64,000 nt of DNA, taken from contig CAWAHW010000004.1 in the NCBI GenBank assembly GCA_963781885.1, positions 1 to 64,000 of the forward strand. The letters are read 5' to 3'. This document shows, one piece after another, positions 61,220 to 64,000 of this stretch (its first letter is position 1; the number at the start of each line of letters is the position of its first letter). The notes beneath the pieces are model-generated. The model made no database searches. It was not told the origin of the DNA and saw only the letters and a list, made by a program, of their open reading frames with translations. Source of the stretch: an uncultured Spirochaetota bacterium. GTDB taxonomy: Bacteria; Spirochaetota; Spirochaetia; SZUA-6; Fen-1364. The position numbers and the translations under genes were made by a program.

Positions 61220-64000
61220 GGCAGCCTCTTGCGGAGCGTGAAAGAGAAGGTCGCGCCCCGGTCGATCTCCCCCTCCCCCCACGCGCGCCCTCCGTGCCGC
61301 TGGATCACGCGCTGCACGATGGCAAGACCGACGCCGGTGCCTTCGAACTCCCGTTCCCCGTGCAGACGCCGGAACACCCCGAAGAGCTTGCCGGCGTCGC
61401 GCATGTCGAAACCCGCCCCGTTGTCCCGCACGGAATACACCACCTCGTTTCCCGCGTACGCGAATCCCACCTCGATGACGGCCCGCGCGCGCCGGGAGGA
61501 GAACTTCAGCGCATTGGAAAGGAGATTGATCCAGACCTGGCGCAGCAGCGTGGGATCCCCTTCCGCCGGGGGAAGGGCGGGAAGACGAAGGTCGATCCGT
61601 GCCGCGCTGTCGGGGGTGAGAAGCTCGTCAATCACCGACCGGACGAGCGCGTTCATGTCGATCGTTGCCGTCTGCATTTCCCGGCGCCCTACCCGGGAGA
61701 AGGCAAGGAGGTCGTCGATCAGCGCGGCCATGCGGCGCGTGTTCTCCTGCACGACGGAGCACAGGCGCCTGCCCTCGGCGTCAAGGGACTCCGCGTGGTC
61801 TTCCACGAGAATGCGCGTGAAGCCGTCGATGGCGCGCAGCGGGGCGCGCAGGTCGTGGGACACCGAGTAGCTGAACGACTCCAGCTCGCGATTGGCGGAT
61901 TCAAGTTGTGCCGTGCGCTCCCGCACGCGCCGCTCAAGCTCCTCATTGAGCTGGCGGATGTGCGTCTCCGCCTCCTTGCGCTCGGTGATGTCCACCATCT
62001 GGCCCATGGTGCGCGGCCGCCCGGCCGGGTCCTGCACGATCGTGACGCTCATCTCCACCCACCGCTGCCGGCCGTCGAGCCGCTGGATGACGATCTCGTA
62101 GCGCGGCGGCAGCGTCTCACCGCGCTGTCGGCGGACGTAGCGATCGGCGACGAGGGACTGGTAGGCGGGCGTCAGGAAAGCGCGGAAATCCATGCCCATG
62201 AGATCCTCCCGCGGGCGTCCGATCAGATCGCACATGATGTCGTTCACATAGATGAATCGGAAGCCGTCGTCGATCGTGAAGATGCCGATCAGGGAGCTTT
62301 CGACGAGGGACCGGAACTTCTCCTCGCTCTCCCGCAGGGTTTCCTCCGCGGCGCGGCGCTCGGCGATTTCCCGCTGCGCCTGCTGGAAAAGCCGGGCGTT
62401 GTCGAGGGAGAGCGCCATCTGCGCGAGCAGGAGATTGATCAGGGAAAGCCGTCCGGGCGTGAAGGCGCCGGCAACAAGGTTGTTTTCCAGATAGAGGATG
62501 CCGCTCAGCCTGCCCTGATTCACCAGGGGCGCGCAGATCACGGACTTGATGGCGCGCTGCCGGACGCGCGGGTCGTCGACGAAGGGACCCGCACGCGCCG
62601 CGTCGTCGAGGACGACATTCGTCCGGTCGCGGGCAACGGCGCGGACGATGGCCTCGGGCACCATGTCGCTGCGCGGGAGCGAAATGCCGGTGAGCACGTC
62701 GAAGCGTCCCTCGTTGACATCCCCTTCGGCTTCGATCGCCCAGTCGCCGCCCCGGTCCAGGAGGAGCGCGGCACGCTCCGCGCCGGCGTTCTGTATCGCG
62801 ATCCGCATCAGCCTGTCCAGAAGCCGCGGCAGCTCGATTTCCCCGGCGATGGCCTGTGATGACTTGATGACCGTTGCGAGGTCGAGCAACGGCGGAAGGC
62901 TTGCCGCTGACGCGTCCGCCTCCCCTTCCGCCCGGGTTTCTTTCTGCGCGCCCAGGCGGAGCGCGGGAAAGCGCCTCTCCAGCGCGACGGCCTTCGCGGT
63001 CGCGCCCCAGCGGGCGTAGCAGGAGTGCGCTTCCCGCAGGAAGGGATGCGCAAGGCTCTCCATGCCCCGGTCAAGCAGGAAGCCCGCCGCGAGCTCGTTT
63101 GCCACGGCCTCATCCCGCCGGTAGCCATTGTCCCGCGCGCCCGCGATGGCGCGGTCGTATGCCGCCAGCGCAAGCTCCCTGTCGCCGAATGTCCTCTGAA
63201 GCTCCGCCTCGACAAGATCGGTCTTGTACTGGCAGTTCATGGGGGCATGGCGCGCCCATGCCGCGAGCTTTTCCTGGTTCGCGGCGACTCTTCGCCGAAG
63301 ATCCTCCGGCGACACCTTGCGGCTCTGTCGATATGCCGCCAGGCGCGCGAGGGAATCGTAGAGACAGTACACGGGCAGGAAAGGGAGGCCCATCGCATTG
63401 TCGAGGTATGCCGCAACGCGTGATGAATCGTCGACGGCCCGCTCGTAGTCGCCGAACAGGAAGCTCAGGAGCAGCTTGTGGAAATGGACGTAGAAGATGC
63501 CGTTGCCGTCGTTCGCCGCGACAAGGCGGGGCATCATGATGCTTTCGTCGTAGTGCGCGCCCTGGAGGAGCCCCGCGTGCGCCCTCCCCTCGCGCAGGTC
63601 GTGCAAGGCCTGGAGGAGTATCAGGAAGTGCTGATGGACCGTGTCCTGTCGCGCCTGGCGAATCGTCTCGCTCAGCGCGAGGATTTCCGGCAGCAGCTCA
63701 CCGAGACTCTTCCCGATCCCCGGCAGGTACATGAAGGTGCAGGAGCAGAATGCGGCGTACCCGGCGAATTGCAGGTCTCCGATTTCAAGCCCCCTATAGT
63801 ACGCCGCGCGCAGCGGCGCCACGGTGTCACGGACGTGCCTTCTCCAGTGCGTAATGAAGGTGTTCACGATGCTCACGATCTTGCAGTCCCACTCGCGGAC
63901 ATCCATGCGATGGAGAAGATCCATGCTGAGCTGCCCGAAGGCGTCTCCGGCCTCGATGTCCTCCACCATGCCGCACAGGATCAGGCCGTAGGAGGCATAG
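61216..64000 (-). CDS. C-terminal part of a large AAA/TPR-GAF-PAS histidine kinase (probably Ser/Thr-kinase-AAA-HK type), 5' end outside window
   Basis: Helical TPR-like region (ANELAA...WGATAK), GAF (LYLENN), PAS, SHDLRAPLR, NLLSNALKF, GTGVGL. The frame is open to the window edge. Confidence 0.88.
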   Translation of the reverse strand, partial: YASYGLILCGMVEDIEAGDAFGQLSMDLLHRMDVREWDCKIVSIVNTFITHWRRHVRDTVAPLRAAYYRGLEIGDLQFAGYAAFCSCTFMYLPGIGKSLGELLPEILALSETIRQARQDTVHQHFLILLQALHDLREGRAHAGLLQGAHYDESIMMPRLVAANDGNGIFYVHFHKLLLSFLFGDYERAVDDSSRVAAYLDNAMGLPFLPVYCLYDSLARLAAYRQSRKVSPEDLRRRVAANQEKLAAWARHAPMNCQYKTDLVEAELQRTFGDRELALAAYDRAIAGARDNGYRRDEAVANELAAGFLLDRGMESLAHPFLREAHSCYARWGATAKAVALERRFPALRLGAQKETRAEGEADASAASLPPLLDLATVIKSSQAIAGEIELPRLLDRLMRIAIQNAGAERAALLLDRGGDWAIEAEGDVNEGRFDVLTGISLPRSDMVPEAIVRAVARDRTNVVLDDAARAGPFVDDPRVRQRAIKSVICAPLVNQGRLSGILYLENNLVAGAFTPGRLSLINLLLAQMALSLDNARLFQQAQREIAERRAAEETLRESEEKFRSLVESSLIGIFTIDDGFRFIYVNDIMCDLIGRPREDLMGMDFRAFLTPAYQSLVADRYVRRQRGETLPPRYEIVIQRLDGRQRWVEMSVTIVQDPAGRPRTMGQMVDITERKEAETHIRQLNEELERRVRERTAQLESANRELESFSYSVSHDLRAPLRAIDGFTRILVEDHAESLDAEGRRLCSVVQENTRRMAALIDDLLAFSRVGRREMQTATIDMNALVRSVIDELLTPDSAARIDLRLPALPPAEGDPTLLRQVWINLLSNALKFSSRRARAVIEVGFAYAGNEVVYSVRDNGAGFDMRDAGKLFGVFRRLHGEREFEGTGVGLAIVQRVIQRHGGRAWGEGEIDRGATFSFTLRKRLP

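Noticed and set aside
1-64000. Numerous long antisense or alternate-frame ORFs (e.g. 17..1153, 11595..13157, 42909..45254, 61198..62859)
   Set aside because: Typical high-GC shadow ORFs opposite well-supported genes, with no recognisable motifs.

Overview
GC-rich bacterial chromosomal segment, most likely from an uncultured Spirochaetia-type organism (inferred from the ABC binding-protein signal peptides such as 'AVFANGAKE' and a spirochaete-style TPR/transglutaminase-like surface protein). I found no rRNA, tRNA, CRISPR array or IS element. In order, the window holds: 5'-truncated recQ; a HAMP kinase/sigma54 activator pair with a sugar ABC operon; SET-domain gene, mgsA, rhaM, araC and a rhamnose-type ABC operon led by an L-fucose/L-arabinose-isomerase-family gene; a NarL/GAF kinase pair, an ECF sigma factor and an internally deleted MFS gene; a four-gene surface-protein/radical-SAM operon (23.0-30.9 kb); DEAD-box helicase, gpx, gpmA and MATE; a LacI-controlled Fe-ADH/aminotransferase/ABC/DhaKL/Ald/transketolase operon; TetR-VOC-Zn-ribbon; imuA-imuB-dnaE2; a PadR-ABC operon; and two large sensor kinases. 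The top candidate for a new system is the 23.0-30.9 kb operon. Once three single-base insertions are corrected, it encodes a ~973-aa protein (redoxin-like N-terminus, Ig-like domains, four 85-aa repeats) ending in a hidden 139-aa array with 28 Cys built from 13-aa repeats. This gene overlaps the start of an RRE(PqqD/MftB-like)-radical SAM-SPASM maturase, suggesting RiPP-type chemistry on a large protein scaffold. About nine single-base indels break otherwise intact genes and are probably consensus errors.
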